The notes below the pieces were generated by a model. The model saw only the letters and a list, made by a program, of their open reading frames with translations, did no database searches and had not been told where the DNA came from. From NCBI RefSeq assembly GCF_026571515.1, contig NW_026864813.1, positions 248,001-312,000 on the forward strand: DNA of 64,000 nucleotides. The letters run 5' to 3'. Shown here one piece after another: positions 1-14,700 of the stretch (position 1 is the first letter of the stretch; each line of letters begins with the position of its first letter). Source of the DNA: Ruditapes philippinarum (Eukaryota). The position numbers were made by a program, and so were the translations under genes.

Positions 1-1281
1 CCTTTACCACACAGGCCTTGTGATTTGCCTTTAACTCACAAGGCCTGTGATCAGCTTTTAACTCACAAGGCCTGTGATTAGCCTTTACCACACAGGCCTT
101 GTGATAAGCCTTTACCACACAGGCCTATGATTAGTCTTTACCACACAAGGCCTATGATCAGCCTTTACCCACACGGCCTGTGATCAGCCTTTACCACACA
201 GGGCCTGTGATCAGCCTTTTCCACACAGGCCTTGTGATTAGCCTTTAACTCACAAAACCTGTGATGAGCTTTAAACTCACAAGGCCTGTGATCAGCCTTT
301 ACCACACAGGGCCTATGATTAGCCTTTACCACACAGACCTTGTGATAAGTCTTTGCACACAGGCCTATGATTAGTCTTTACCACACAAGGCCTATGATCA
401 GCCTTTACCACACACGGCCTGTGATCAGCCTTTACCAAACAGTACCTGTGATCAGCCTTTACCACAAAGGCCTTGTGATTAGCCTTGAACTCACAAGGCC
501 TGTTATCAGCTTTTAACTCACAAGGCCTGTGATCAGCCTTTACCACAGGCTGTGATCAGCCTTTACCCACACAAGGCCAGTGATCAGCCTTTACCACACA
601 CAGCCTGTGATCAGCCTTTACCACACACGGCCTGTTATCAGCCTTTACCAAACAGTACCTGTGATCAGCCTTTACCACAAAGGCCTTGTGATTAGCCTTG
701 AACTCACAAGGCCTGTGATCAGCTTTTAACTCACACGGCCTGTGATCAGCCTTTACCAAACAGTACCTGTGATCAGCCTTTACCACAAAAGCCTTGTGAT
801 TAGCCTTTACCTTACAAGGCCTGTTATCAGCCTTTAACTGACAAGGCCTGTGATCAGCCTTCACCTTCCAAGGCCTGTTATCAGCCTTTACCTGACAAGG
901 CCTGTGATCAGCCTTTACCTTACAAGGCCTGTTATCAGCCTTTAACTGACGAGGCCTGTGATAAGCCTTTACCACAAAGGGCCTGTGATTAGCCTTTACC
1001 ACAAAGGGCCTGGGATTAGCCTTTAACACACAGGGCCTGTGATCAACCTTTATCCAAGAGGGAGAATGATCAGCCTTTACCACACAGGGCCTGTGATCAG
1101 CCTTTACCACACATGGCCTGTGATCAGCCTTTACCACACAGGACCTGTGATCAGCCTTTACCACACATTGCCTGTGATCAGCCTTTACCACATAGGCCTA
1201 AATGTGTTTAACCTTTACCCTTCAAGGTCTGTGATCAGCCTTTACTACACAGGGCCTGTGGTCAGCCTTTACCACACAAGG
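1..1281. repeat. 27-bp minisatellite array (consensus GCCTTTACCACACAGGGCCTGTGATCA), truncated by window edge, probably intronic in the Grx/TGR gene
   Basis: About 45 imperfect tandem copies; the minus strand translates as repeated VKADHRPCV nonamers, confirming the 27-nt period. Confidence 0.95.
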
Positions 1282-3499
1282 CCGGCAAACTCTGATTTTG
1301 ACTTACATGTTCATTTTTATCTGGAGCATTTCACAACTTGTCTGTATGATATTTATACAGTAAATTCTTGAAAATTTCCACTTGTCTGTACAGGCTGTGG
1401 GACAACCTGGGCAATTAGACAATCAATTTTACTGCCCCTGCCACCAGTATAGAGCCGGGCCAACCCACACATCCAAGCAACTCGAATCCCTTTAACTCGA
1501 AATTTAAAGTTGGACGGATCCATTACACAAATACAGCTGTTACGGTAAAAGTAAAGAAAAGCTTATATTTATAAGTACTGGAATATGAACAGATAATCTT
1601 ACATGTTTATATAACTATTTACAACAGTGATAGTAATGAGTACCTGGTAAATTGGTCTGGGTTATGATGGAATGATGGCCATGGCAGGATAACAAAGTAC
1701 CCAACTTTGCCTAAAGTAATATTCTATTTTACAGAAAGAATCTCTATAATCCAGTAGCATCACTTTCCTCTTGCAATTTTTAGTCAGCTTACCACGGCTC
1801 AGGCCAAATCCAGCTCTACTCAATTATATAATTCTTCGATTATAAACTAATTCCATTAAATTACTTTGTTCATATCCCTCAAAAATGAACTTATTTCATA
1901 TCTATTGAAAATACACTTATTCAATATACCTTGATTACAAAATGTGCTTAATCTATAACATTTCTTTGCAACAAGCTAATTTCATAACATCCCTTAATAG
2001 CAAGCTTAATCTATAGCATCATATTACTATAAATGCACAATAACCAAAAATGTAAAAAAAAAAATTTGACAGCTTGTTTAACATTCTGACATTTTGTATC
2101 CATTTGTTAACACTGATTCCTACATGCGTGTTGCTAATGACAATGCCTGAGATAGTATAATACTTCAATTAGTTCAATATCAGCGTGTGCATCAGTTAAT
2201 TCCCATCAATATCCCCCGCGAGAGATTTGTTTTTTACCATCAGACTGAAATCATTGACATTACAAAACAATAGGATTTCCTCTTTTTTTAGCTGTCATCG
2301 AAATTAGCAAGTCAGGTTGGTTATATTGATTGCAAAAGAACATCAAAAAAGTACTTATTTAAAACCTAATTAAAATAATACTTCTGAATGTTCTTTAATT
2401 AAAAGCTATGTACTAGGTTACATAACTATAGATAGGCAAATGCTGTTAATGGTACAAATTTAGCTGTAATTCTTTTTCTTTATCTTGTTCTTGAATTTTT
2501 TTATTTTTTTTTTTAGTTTCCTATAACTAATGTATTGTAACTTCAAAGTATGTAGTCAAAATCAACCATTTGAACATCAGTTGTTGATAAAAACTGACTG
2601 GATATTTTCGGTTTTTATTGCCTAATTCAAAGAAAGTAACACTTTCTAGTAATTATACAATCTGATTCTGTTCCTTGCCAAGCTGAGAAGATCTTAAATG
2701 GACAAATCTATCCTTTTCATATGGACTAAACCATTTATCATTTTTAGGGTAAAATTTAAAAAATATTTTCAGACTGAATAGCAAACAGTGCAGACCATGA
2801 TCAGATGACATGGATGTACTGACTGACCATTGTCTACACTGGTCACATGGGTATATTCTGTAACTCAGCAAGCATGCTAAACTGTTTTAACCGTAATTTT
2901 CTATTTTGCCTCAAAAAACTATTTCAGGTCATGTGATCTCTCTCACCACACTGGAATTTTTATCAGATCAACTTAGAATAGAGTACTGATATATTATAAT
3001 TAAATCAATAGCTTTCATCAAATAAAGTATCCGGAAATAACATTTTATTACTTTACAGATAATCTTTGGTTAAACACTGAAACAATTACTATATTGCCAA
3101 TATTTTACAATAATTGGTGAACCTCATGTCGTACTTATTCAAACTGGTCATAATTATTCTTAATTGTATGATACAGTCTACCAGATTCTTTATGACTAAC
3201 AAACGAAATATTCCCTGCTTCTATTGGTAGTTAAAATCATGCAGCAAGCTTACAGTTATAACAAGGTGTTTTTTATTTTGCAAGCAAAGAAATAATGATA
3301 ACATGTTAACAAATATGGTGAATCATCTTGAATATGACTTGTTTTCTTACAACATGTACAATAATTTCATCATTAGATGCACCTTTGATAATTATGATGA
3401 CTATACAAAATGTACAAATCTTTTCCCAATTACCTACCAGCACTCAATAAATTAAGGAAGGTCGGGTACGAGTTTCCAAATTAGTTTAAACATATTTAT

Positions 3500-3632
3500 T
3501 TTAGCTTGATTGCGAAACAAGTTCTTTCTTTCGAGTCCACTATCTCGAACTAACCAGTACAGGTGTCATAATTATGAAAATCACGGTCCTGACTCGAGTA
3601 TTGCTCAAATCCATGATCCCTGGGTTGAGTAA
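3500..3632 (-). mobile_element. Partial tRNA-derived SINE, same family as 14625-14802
   Basis: Shares gattgcgaaac...ttcgag...aaccagtac.ggtgtcata...gctcaaa..catgatccctgggttgag with the 14.7-kb copy. Confidence 0.6.
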
Positions 3633-5189
3633 AAGGAAAGCAGTAGGGGATGCACATTCAGGCAAGACCAGGCAACCATATTAAACCATCTACATTTATG
3701 AAACATTTTAGCTGGAAAACAACCCTAATTTTTAATTGGTTGGGAAGGGGAAACAAACATATTTTTATTTTTGGCCTAGGTGCTCCCAAACCCCTCCAGA
3801 AGCCTATACAATAATTTAGACCATTAGCTACACCCCTTATGCTTACAAAGTTAATTAATGACTATCCTACATAATCTTATCCAATAATTTTTCATATGAC
3901 AATTAACATTTTGAAGTAGATATGTTAATTAAATTTACACTTTATCAATTACATACCTAACTAGTCAATACAACATTCCATAAGTCAATTATTTCATACA
4001 AAGGAATTTAACAATAATAGTATTCTCCATGATTGTAATATTTCACAAGTCAGTTATTCTTTTTAAAATGCATATTATATTTTTATACTGTATGCTTGTT
4101 TAACATAATTATACAATACAGGAAGTTTTATTACTTTTATTTGTAAGGGAAAAAAGTTTGTTTAATTCAAAAATAAGCCTAACAATGAAATTAATTGACA
4201 GTTGTTTTTTTTACACTTTTTATTTCATTTGCTGTCATATTTTCGTAGTAAATTAAAATCAGAAAAAAAAACTGAAGTAGTAAATTAAAATCAGTTATTT
4301 ATTTATTTTAAAGGCAACTTCTTCCTAGTTTAAGCAAATAACATGTACAGTTACACCTGATTTGTCACAAGATATATGTTTTTTAAGGTTTGTTGGTATA
4401 AAGAGGTTATTGCTCCAACAGAGGGGCTGCTCTGCAGAGGTCATATTGAATTGATTTTCCCACTCAACTCAAAAACATATGAATTTAAATACTTTGTATT
4501 AATTCACTAGGTCATTTCTATGTCAAAATTTTATTTATAAAATACAGCTCTTCCTCTAATGACCAAAAATTACATATTAATAAATATTGAGAAAAGAATA
4601 GAATAGTTCCATTAATTCTGTGATGTGTAAATGAAATTCAAAATCAAATCTAACTTATAAAGAATACATTTGCATATTTTAATGGTTCATATCTTTACCT
4701 GATTTTACTTTGGCTATGGATTTCATTTCATAAATTGCACTACAAAAACTTGTATTTCAACATAAAAGGACAAGAGTTATTTGCATAATTTATACCAGGA
4801 TTTCACGAAAAATAAAAAACCAACATAAAGTAATAAATTGGTAATTCATCAAATCAATATCCTGGTTCGTAACAGCCTTATCATAAAAATTCATTTGTGG
4901 GGTTTCATCAATCAGAAAATACTGCAAACAAACCCATTTAATAACGTGATTTCACAACCTTGCAAAAAACACCTTTTCACACCTGCTTTACATAGGTGAA
5001 ACAAATGCATTATGTAAATTCAGTGGTCCAGAAATACAGGATTAGCAAAATGAGATGACATGATAACAAAATAATGTACATGTACATTATTTAAACTTTC
5101 TTCTTATGTTTATATTATAAACCAAGTTTTATTTTGTTGGGACATATAAATTTGGGAAAGATTAAAAGGAAATTATTACATCATCACTT

Positions 5190-5420
5190 TCAATCAATCA
5201 ATCAATCAATCAATCATCCCTACTTCTAATTGATCATCACCAATCACTTATTATCATCATCATCATTAATTCTCCTTAATCACAACTATCAATCAGTAAT
5301 CACAATGATCATCATCAATCACTATCATCATCAATCACATATCATCATCACTATTATTCATCATTTATCAATACAAAGCATTGTTCAACAGAATCACTAA
5401 CAACCATCATTAAATCTTTT
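5190..5420. repeat. (CAAT)n microsatellite followed by degenerate (ATC)n low-complexity tract
   Basis: caatcaatcaatcaatcaatcaatc followed by atcatc-rich sequence. Confidence 0.8.
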
Positions 5421-5739
5421 TTTTTAACAAGCAATCAATCTAAGAGGACAACAAACAGAGCATTATGAGCAGCAGCAAAAACAACAACAACAAAATCAAC
5501 AAAATGAGGATTTTCTACACCAAACAAAATATTACACATTACAATGTATTATCTACAGAAACCCTTCAAACTTTTTCATGAAAATCCAGGACTAACCTGC
5601 ACTGTCCACGAAGTGCAATTTTAAACTAAACACAAATTGTTAAATGGGGAGTCAGTAATTGTCATTATAATGTAATAATGAAAATATACATGTATATAGA
5701 GACGTTAACAAAATTCTATAATTTATAATTGACACTCAC

Positions 5740-8700
5740 CTAGATGTTTACCGTTGATGAAAACACTGGGAACAGTTCTCTGACCCGTCATCTCTGCGAG
5801 GGCATGCTGTAATGCTGTCCCATTACCTAATACAACATAAAACCAAATATCCTGAAGAATTTTTTAAGATTGACTTGCAAATTTTTTTATTTTTTTTAAG
5901 CATCTAATATCATAAATATTGGATATCAAAATCATTCTTAACTTACATATCTGTTAAATGTGTTCTTCCTTCATTAATAAGTGTCAGAAGGCCATTAACT
6001 GTCATGCTTCATATCTTTGATAATTTACATGGACTTGTCCATTTTTCAGTCAGGAGAAAAAACCTTCATCATCATTCTTGAAAATTTCAAATAACCAACT
6101 AAAAAACTAACAGTGCAGACCATGATGACTGATCTTGGTGTGCACTAGTTGCATTGGTAGAATCTCTGTAAGCACCAGCAAACTAAAGGATAAACATCGA
6201 CAAAATATACATTTTCTTTTTTTCTTTATTTAGTTGTACATCGCACAAACACAGTTTAGGTCATATGGCAACTTTAAAGCTTTACTGGTGGAGGAAGACC
6301 TCAGGTGACCTCGGCACAAACCGGCACCTGTGAAGAACCACTAATGTTCCATAAGCAAGCTGGATAGCAAATGTCAATTAATAGAAGCATAATCTCAAAG
6401 TAAATGTTACATAGCTGGCAGTCAAAAGAAACTACTGGATACTGAAAATTTTCAACTTTCATAATACCTTTAAGAGTGATGATATTTATTATAAATACCA
6501 GTATTATAATAAAATTGAATTAAACAAACAAATACATGTAAAGACTTACTTTCAGTGTCCAACTCCATGGCCTTGTAGTCCACCTTAATTGAAGAAAATA
6601 ATTCCTTCACCTGAAAAAGTTATGAAATATCTTATTAAGTTATATCAATTCCATGTCGAGAGTATTGGGCCCTCAGGATAATATACAATTATGACCTTTA
6701 TCATGATCTTAAAGACATTTACCAAGTTATAAGCAAACATATGTAGCGGTTAATGAGTTATAAAGTTGTACAAAAAGTTGCTCACAAAACCACTCTTATC
6801 TTGACACTGACACTGGGTTAGTAGGAATTCAGGCATCTTTGCCCTGAATTACAAGGGCCCAACATAAGGCCCTATTGCCAATTGAAAATCAAATTTCTTT
6901 GTAAAATACCAGTTTACAAACGCTACATGTATCTCTAAAATGGCTGTCCTTGAAATAAATGCCTAATACTGAAAAGTATGAACAATTTATGATAAGTTTT
7001 AATGATTTCAGTAGATGAATTTAAGTTTCGATATGGGAACTACAATGGACTCCAAAAATTTTAAGACATGTACATGGACCTCCTGACTGAAATTCCTAGG
7101 GAAAGCCATGTAATCCCAACAGCAGGAAGCAATCAAACTGCTTAAACTTCTTAGAAAATTGAACTGATTTGACATGTTTCTTGAAATATTTAGTGACAGG
7201 TTATAATAATATACACTTGCCCCAGGGGTAAAAACTAAGAAGTCATGACTGTGTAAGGTAGATCTTTTTTATCTGTTAAATTTTTCCAATATGCAACACA
7301 CTTTTCCCCAATTTTTGCCATGGGCCTTTTCTCTAAATAGCTTTAAAATGACATTGCTAGGATAGCCCTATTTTTCTTCAAAGAGTCAAGTTAATTGTAA
7401 CCTTTTTGTCAAATAGTCAAGCTTAAAATAGTATACATTTCTCCAAACAGTCGAGCTAAAAAAAAGGTTAAAAACAAGAGGGCCAAAATGGCCCTGAGGT
7501 CGCTCACCTGTATATAGGCCCCCGGAGCGGGGCCAGTTTAAACCCCAAGGCTTTTATTTTAACAAACTTGGAAGACACCCGTTAGAAGATGTTTCATGTT
7601 AAGTTTTTACTACACACATATGATGAAAAACAATGATCTTCCCCCCGGCAGGGCCAATTTTAACACAAGGGCTTTATTTTGAACAAACTTGGTAGACACC
7701 CATAAGAAGATGTTTCATGCTAAACATCTAAGCTCTAGCTCATTGGGTTTTTTCAAAGAAGATTTTGTAAGTTTTTACTATACACATTATAGTTAAAAAC
7801 AATGACACCCCTGGGGCGGGACAAGTTTTGACCCCAGGGCTTTTATTTGAACAAACTTTGTAGACACTCACTAGAAGATGTTTCATGCTGAATATCTAAA
7901 CTCTAGCTATTTGGGTTTTTTCAAAGAAGATTTTTAAGTTTTTGCTAATTACACATATAAAGAAAAATCTATGACCCCTGGGGCGGGGCCAATTTTGACC
8001 CCAGGGCTTTTATTTGAACAAATTTTGTAGACACTCACTAGAAGATGTTTCATGCTTAATATCTAAACTCTAGCTATTTGGGTTTTTTCAAAGAAGATTT
8101 TTAAGTTTTTGCTATACACATATAAGGAAAATCAATGACCCCTGGGGCAGGGCCAATTTTGACCCCAGGGCTTTTATTTGAACAAACTTTGTAGACACTC
8201 ACTAGAAGATGTTTCATGCTTAATATCTAAACTCTAGCTATTTGGTTTTTTTCAAAGAAGATTTTTTCAGTTTTTGCTATACACATTTAAGGAAAATCTA
8301 TGACCCCTGGGGCGGGGCCAATTTTGACCCCAGGGCTTTTATTTGAACAAATTTTGTAGACACTCACTAGAAGATGTTTCATGCTTAATATCTAAACTCT
8401 AGCTATTTGGGTTTTTTCAAAGAAGATTTTTAAGTTTTTGCTATACACATATAAGGAAAATCAATGACCCCTGGGGCGGGGCCAATTTTGACCCCGAGGC
8501 TTTTATTTGAACAAACTTTGTAGACACTCACTAGAAGATGTTTCATGCTTAATATCTAAACTCTAGCTATTTGGGTTTCTTCAAAGAAGATTTTTTCAGT
8601 TTTTGCTATATACACATATAAGGAAAATCAATGACCCCCTGGGGCGGGGCCAATTTTGACCCCAGGGCTTTTATTTGAACAAACTTGGTAGACACTCATT

Positions 8701-11700
8701 AGAAGATGTTTCATGCCAAATATCTTAGCTCTAGCTCTTTGGGTTCTTTAAAAGAAGATTTTTAAGTTTTTTCCATATGCATATAGGGAAAATCAATGAC
8801 CCCCTGGGGCGGGGCCAATTTTGACCCCAGGGCTTTTATTTGAACAAACTTGGTAGACACTCACTAGAAGATGTTTCATGCCAAATATCTAAGCTCTGTC
8901 TCTTACGGTTTTTTGAAAGAAGACATTTTTCTTTCGGTTGCCATGGCAACCAGAGTTCTGCATGGAATTAAATTCTTTGAACAATTTTTAAAGGTGACCA
9001 CCAAAGGAACATTCCTGTGAAGTTTGGATGAAATTGGTTTAGTGGTTTATGAGGAGATGTCATTTAAAGTAAAAGTTTACGGACGGACGGACGGCGGACG
9101 GAAGCCGGACGAAAAGCGATCACAAAAGCTCGCCCTGTCACTTTGTGACAGGTGAGCTAATAATTGAATAAACAAGCATATTACACTTTCTGCTATAATT
9201 ATATGAAAATAACAGTTACTTCAGACAAAGAAATATGCAGGAAAACTTCAAAACTGTTTTAAACACTGGTTACAAAAATAGAAACAGTTAAACAACCTTA
9301 GATATCATATCACATCAAGGTAAATTGATACTGCATTTTATCACATATAAGAGGACTTCTGGGAAAACACAAAGCTATGGAAACAAATGTATGGGGAAAA
9401 ATAGATTAACCAGACTGTGTCAACAATGATATTAAGCATATGATTTTAATAAAGTGCAAAATGAAAACATTATTTACTTCAATCAGTTTTATCATAGTTT
9501 TTACTATTGGAACTGTTGGACTAATACTATTGAAAACATGTCAATAGTATTAGTCTTATACATATATATGCACAGTGCGTTAACTGGAGTGCAGTGTTAG
9601 TTACTAGCACTCACTGTATGTCTAGAGCATGCCGGTTGATTGGCTCATTTTTTTTCTGGGGTTTACTTATTGTGACAACAGGAAAAGAGATAACGATAGA
9701 AAAGTCATATTCAGATGCTCTTACATTGGTTACTTTTTCTGGGTTTAAATATTTTGATGTCAGGGAACTGTTTTTATTTTTGCCTTCGATACAATGATTT
9801 CAAAACTCACAAAATAAGATAACTTATCATGTACATGTAGTAAGAAGATTTACTTTTGTCTGATTTATATTTAATTTTCCATATGTGTTGCGCTTGATAA
9901 TAAAATTGAAAAAAATTAAGCAATAATTAAAAGAATACATTTTCATGAACTATTTTCTGGGTGCATATCAACTTTTTGCTCGTTGTTTTCATAAGGATAT
10001 CAATGGTATTCTGATTAATCTGGTGGTAAAGACTTACCTGGATACAGAATGGACAGGTGGTTTTACTGAACACCATCACCTTGTTCTTGCTGGTCAGGTC
10101 ATTGATGACCGCTTTCAGATCTGGTGTTGGTGGCATCTTGCCCACTGTGTAAGAGACGGGTGAGCCTGCCCGCTTAATGGTGGATGTAAATAAATCTGAA
10201 AAACAAAAATCCCATTGTTGTAATTTAAGTTTTATGTATATATTTCATGATTGTACTGTGTTGTATTTATATCATGAGATGTCATTTACTCTTTATGCTA
10301 TAAATCAGGGGAAAAAAACTAAATACTGTTGTAACTTATTTCTTATAGGCCATCAAGTTAAGACAGTTTTCAAATACAAAATGTATATATGTAGTGTAAA
10401 CCCTAAATCAACATTCCTCCCCCTTATCATAAATATATTATTTACTTGCCCTTAAGTGTATCATGGGTATATAAACTTTCCTATTTTAGCAGTTAAATAC
10501 TAAAACGTAAATTCAAATTCTATGTTAATGAAAGAAAGAAGGCCTCAAAATTTAAAGTCTTGTCTTAAGTCCATTTGTTTTTTTTAAATAGGTAATATTT
10601 AGATAATTCCTGCCTATAACACTCTCGAGAGGGGTTGGCAGTACTCATAATTGGATGGATGGACGGACAGAAGTTCTAACAGGACAGTAATTATCAAGGC
10701 TACTCTATTGTTCTCTCTATTGTTCTTTTTCACGCCCGTTTAACTCACAACGAGTGAAAAATGTCCATCGGTAAAAATGTTGTGAGCAACTTCCGTTCCT
10801 CGTTGTGAGCACCCATCTATGACGTGTGACACGATAAACAAGGTAAGTTTTTCATAATTTTTGAAGATTACAGACATTTATGTAAAAATATCGGAATGCA
10901 GTTAGCTAGCGATGTGTTTTCCGAGTATGCACATGTAAAGATATTGCCTGTTGGTGGACAATTTGTTGGAAATACCGTGCGACGCAGTCACTCGGGGTAG
11001 CAGGAAAACTGGAGACAACTTCTCTTTGGACCTAATTTAACATTGAAAACGTTGATTCTGGTGACGTCAGAATCGATGTTTTCAATGTTAAATTAGGTAA
11101 CTGCATTCCGATATTTTTACAAATGTCTGTAATCTTCAAAAATTATGGAAAACTCACCTTGTTTATCGTGTCACACGTCATAGATGGGTGCTCACAACGA
11201 GGAACGGAAGTTGCTCACAACATTTTTACCGATGGACATTTTTCACTCGTTGTGAGTTAAACGGGCGTGTTTTTAGCCACACAAAAGAAAATAGCCACAT
11301 AAAAGCATTACAGAATGAATGACATCAAAGAGAAAGAACAGTAACCTATTGTCCCTCTAGCCACATTATTACTGTCTCGTGAGAGCGGACGGACGTGCCA
11401 CTTAAATGGACTAAGGGGCCATTTCTTTTGTTATTTTCTTTTGTTTAATAGAGGGCCATGGCCCCTTATTCTATTGTTACGGAATGAATTCTATTGTTCC
11501 TCTTTGTTCTGTATACAGTCAGATGGCCCCGTAACTTCTCTTAAATATCCCCCCCCCTCCAAATAAAAAGCAGCAAAAAAACAAAACACAAAATAAAACA
11601 AGAGGGCCATGATGGCCCTGAGGTCGCTCACCTGTATATAGGCCCCCCCCAACCCCCCCCCAAACGTTGCAGGGCCAATTTAACCAAAGGGCTTTTATTT

Positions 11701-14700
11701 GCACAAACTTGGTAGACACCCATAAGAAGATGTTTCATGCTAAACATCTAAGCTCTAGCTCATTGGGCTATTTAAAAGAAGATTTTTTTAAAGTTTTTAC
11801 TATACACATATAGTTAAAAACAATGACACCCCTGGGGCCGGGCTAGTTATGACCCCAGGGTTTTTATTTGAACAAACTTTGTAGACACTTACTAGAATAT
11901 GTTTCATGCTTAATATCTAAACTCTAGCTATTTGGGTTTTTTCAAAGAAGATTTTAAGTTTTTGCTATACACATATAAGGAAAATCAATGACCCCGGGGC
12001 AGGGCCAATTTTGACCCCATGTCTTTTATTTGAACAAACTTTGTAGACACTCACTAAAAGATGTTTCATGCTTAATATCTTAACTCTAGCTATTTGGGTT
12101 TTTTTTTCAAAAAAGATTTTTTAAGTTTTGCTATACACATATAAGGAAAATCAATGAACCCCGGGGCGGGGCCAATTTTGACCCCAGGGCTTTTATTTGA
12201 ACAAACTTGGTAGACACCTATTAGAACATGTTTGATGCTAAATATCTTAACCATAGCTCTTTGAGTTCTTTAAAAGAAGATTTTTTAAGTTTTTACTATA
12301 TGCAATTATAATAGGAAAATCAATGACCCCACGGGGCGGGGTCAATTTTGATCCCAGGGCTTTTATTTGAACAAACTTGGTAGACACTTATTAGAACATG
12401 TTTCATGCTAAATATCTTAGCTCTAACTCTTTTGGTTCTTTAAAAGAAGATTTTTTAAGTTTTTACTATATGCATATAGGGAAAATCAATGACCCCCTGG
12501 GGCGGGGCCAATTTTGACCCCAGGGCTTTTCTTTGAACAAACTTGGTAGACACCTATTAGAACATGTTTGATGCTCAATATCTTAGCCATAGCTCTTTGA
12601 GTTCTTTAAAAGAAGATTTTTAAGTTTTTACTATATGCATATAGGGAAAATCAATGACCCCCCGGGGCGGGGCCAATTTTGACCCCAGGGCTTTTATTTG
12701 AACAAACTTGGTAGACACTCACTAGAAGATGTTTCATGCCAAATATCTAAGCTCTAGCTCTTATGGTTTTTTAAAAGAAGATATTTAAAGTTTTTTCTTT
12801 CGGTTGCCATGGCAACCAGAGTTCTGCATGGAATTAAATTCTTTGAACAATTTTTAAAGGTGACCACCAAAGGAAAATTCCTGTGAAGTTTGGATGAAAT
12901 TGGCCTTGTGGTTTATGAGGAGATGTCATTTAAAGTAAAAGTTTACGGACGACGGACGGACGACGGACGGACGCCGGACGAAAAGCGATCACAAAAGCTC
13001 ACCCTGTCACTTTGTGACAGGTGAGCTAAAAAGAAAAAAAACAAACAATAAAGCATGTACCTGAAATCACTCTATTTTAAAGAGGGGCATTAGTTGAGAC
13101 AATACCTTAATAGTCTTGATATCTTGCTTTGTAATCCAAATTAATAATACACTTGACATCTTAATCAAACTAACCTATTGAATTATTTATTTATAAATGT
13201 CCTTAATTCAATAACTAAAGTTTAATTAAAGTAGTAGATAAAAATTCTTAAATTTTACTATTCAAGAGGCAGGTATAAATTTATTTCAGTGTTTTTGATT
13301 TTTACTTGTAATTTTGACTTATTGTATAGAATTCTTTAGAGCTTAATTAAAGAAGTTTAACTTACAAATATACATTCAACAGGGAACATAAATGAAACTT
13401 ATTAAAATAAATAATTTAAACCTAATTACCTGAATAAGTTCTAGTTCCTTTTTTAATTACAGTAATTAAACAATTTAAAACTCAATTGTAACTTCCTTAC
13501 AAGCAGCAGTGGAAGTGATCACTGAGTAATTTAGATCTTACATGTACATTGTCTAAACCAATGACACGGCAATTATTACATGCCACACATTTAACAGGAT
13601 CTCAGTTAAGCTGTATTGACACTAGTCTATTTTTAGCTACCATTAATGCAGTGAAAAAGGTATTACACCTCTAAATGTAGAACATGTTCCATATTTATGA
13701 TAAAATTTATAATCAAACCTACTTGCCCCCATAAGGCCAAAATTTGTTTGTTTCTTGTTTCCAGTTCATAGATAAGTTTCTATCATCACAACATACACAA
13801 ATGACAATCAAACCTACTTGCCCCCATAAGGCCAAAATTTGTTTGTTTCTTGTTTCCAGTTAAGTTTCTATCATCACAAAGTACACAATGAACACATAAA
13901 AATTAGAGTACTTTTTATCATATGAAGAGCTGGAAAAAACCCAAGCACAGATACTTTGACTTTAAAGTCATTAAATATATACAACATATGGTCAGAAGGA
14001 AAGAAATAACATGCAGAGGGCATTTATAAACATTAAACAGCATAATTTGATGCACAGAAAATGTATTCACAGATATCTTATATACATGTAATAATCAATA
14101 TAAATGTATTGATGTATCCAGAATATTTGTCATCCCATATTGAATCCTCAATATTTGCCATCCATTATTGATGTCTTCTATTTGTCATCCAATATTGATG
14201 AATTCTCAATATTTTTCAGCTTTACTGGTGCCGGAAAACCTCAGGTGCCACTTTCTGCATTATTTCAGGTACAAACGGGTAGAACCACCAAAGTTCTGTT
14301 AGCAAGATGGATACTTTCCTCAGAAAGAATCTATGACAAGGTGCAGCTTGAACATACAGCGGTGAAAGGTAGCGGGTTTGAAGTAAATTTTACTCACTTT
14401 TACAAGTTTCTAAAATATACAATATACTGTTTGGTGTCCGCTAAACAAAACTAGAAAGATCTCTCCAGCGCCTTTAATTTTGGGAAAGTAAAGTGACAGT
14501 ACTTACTGAACAGAAACAAAGCGGCATAAGAGGTCAATATCATTCAAAATGCGTTATCATAACACAAATGCATCTTTGATAAAACACCTTCACTGTTTAA
14601 TAAGAGGTTTGGTTAAACATATTCATTTAAGCCTGATTGCGAAACTTTTTGCAAGTTATATTTTATCACTTTCGAGGTCAGCTTCCTGGAATCAACCAGT

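Noticed and set aside
319-1371. ORFs of VKADHRPC or ISLYHTGPV repeats as protein-coding genes
   Set aside because: By-product of a 27-bp period; open on both strands, interrupted by indels, no convincing splice or start context.
1290-5700. Next Grx/TGR exon (GCD...), reductase exons or SECIS element
   Set aside because: No phase-compatible exon encoding the expected GGCD continuation was found; the rest of the gene is presumably left of the window.
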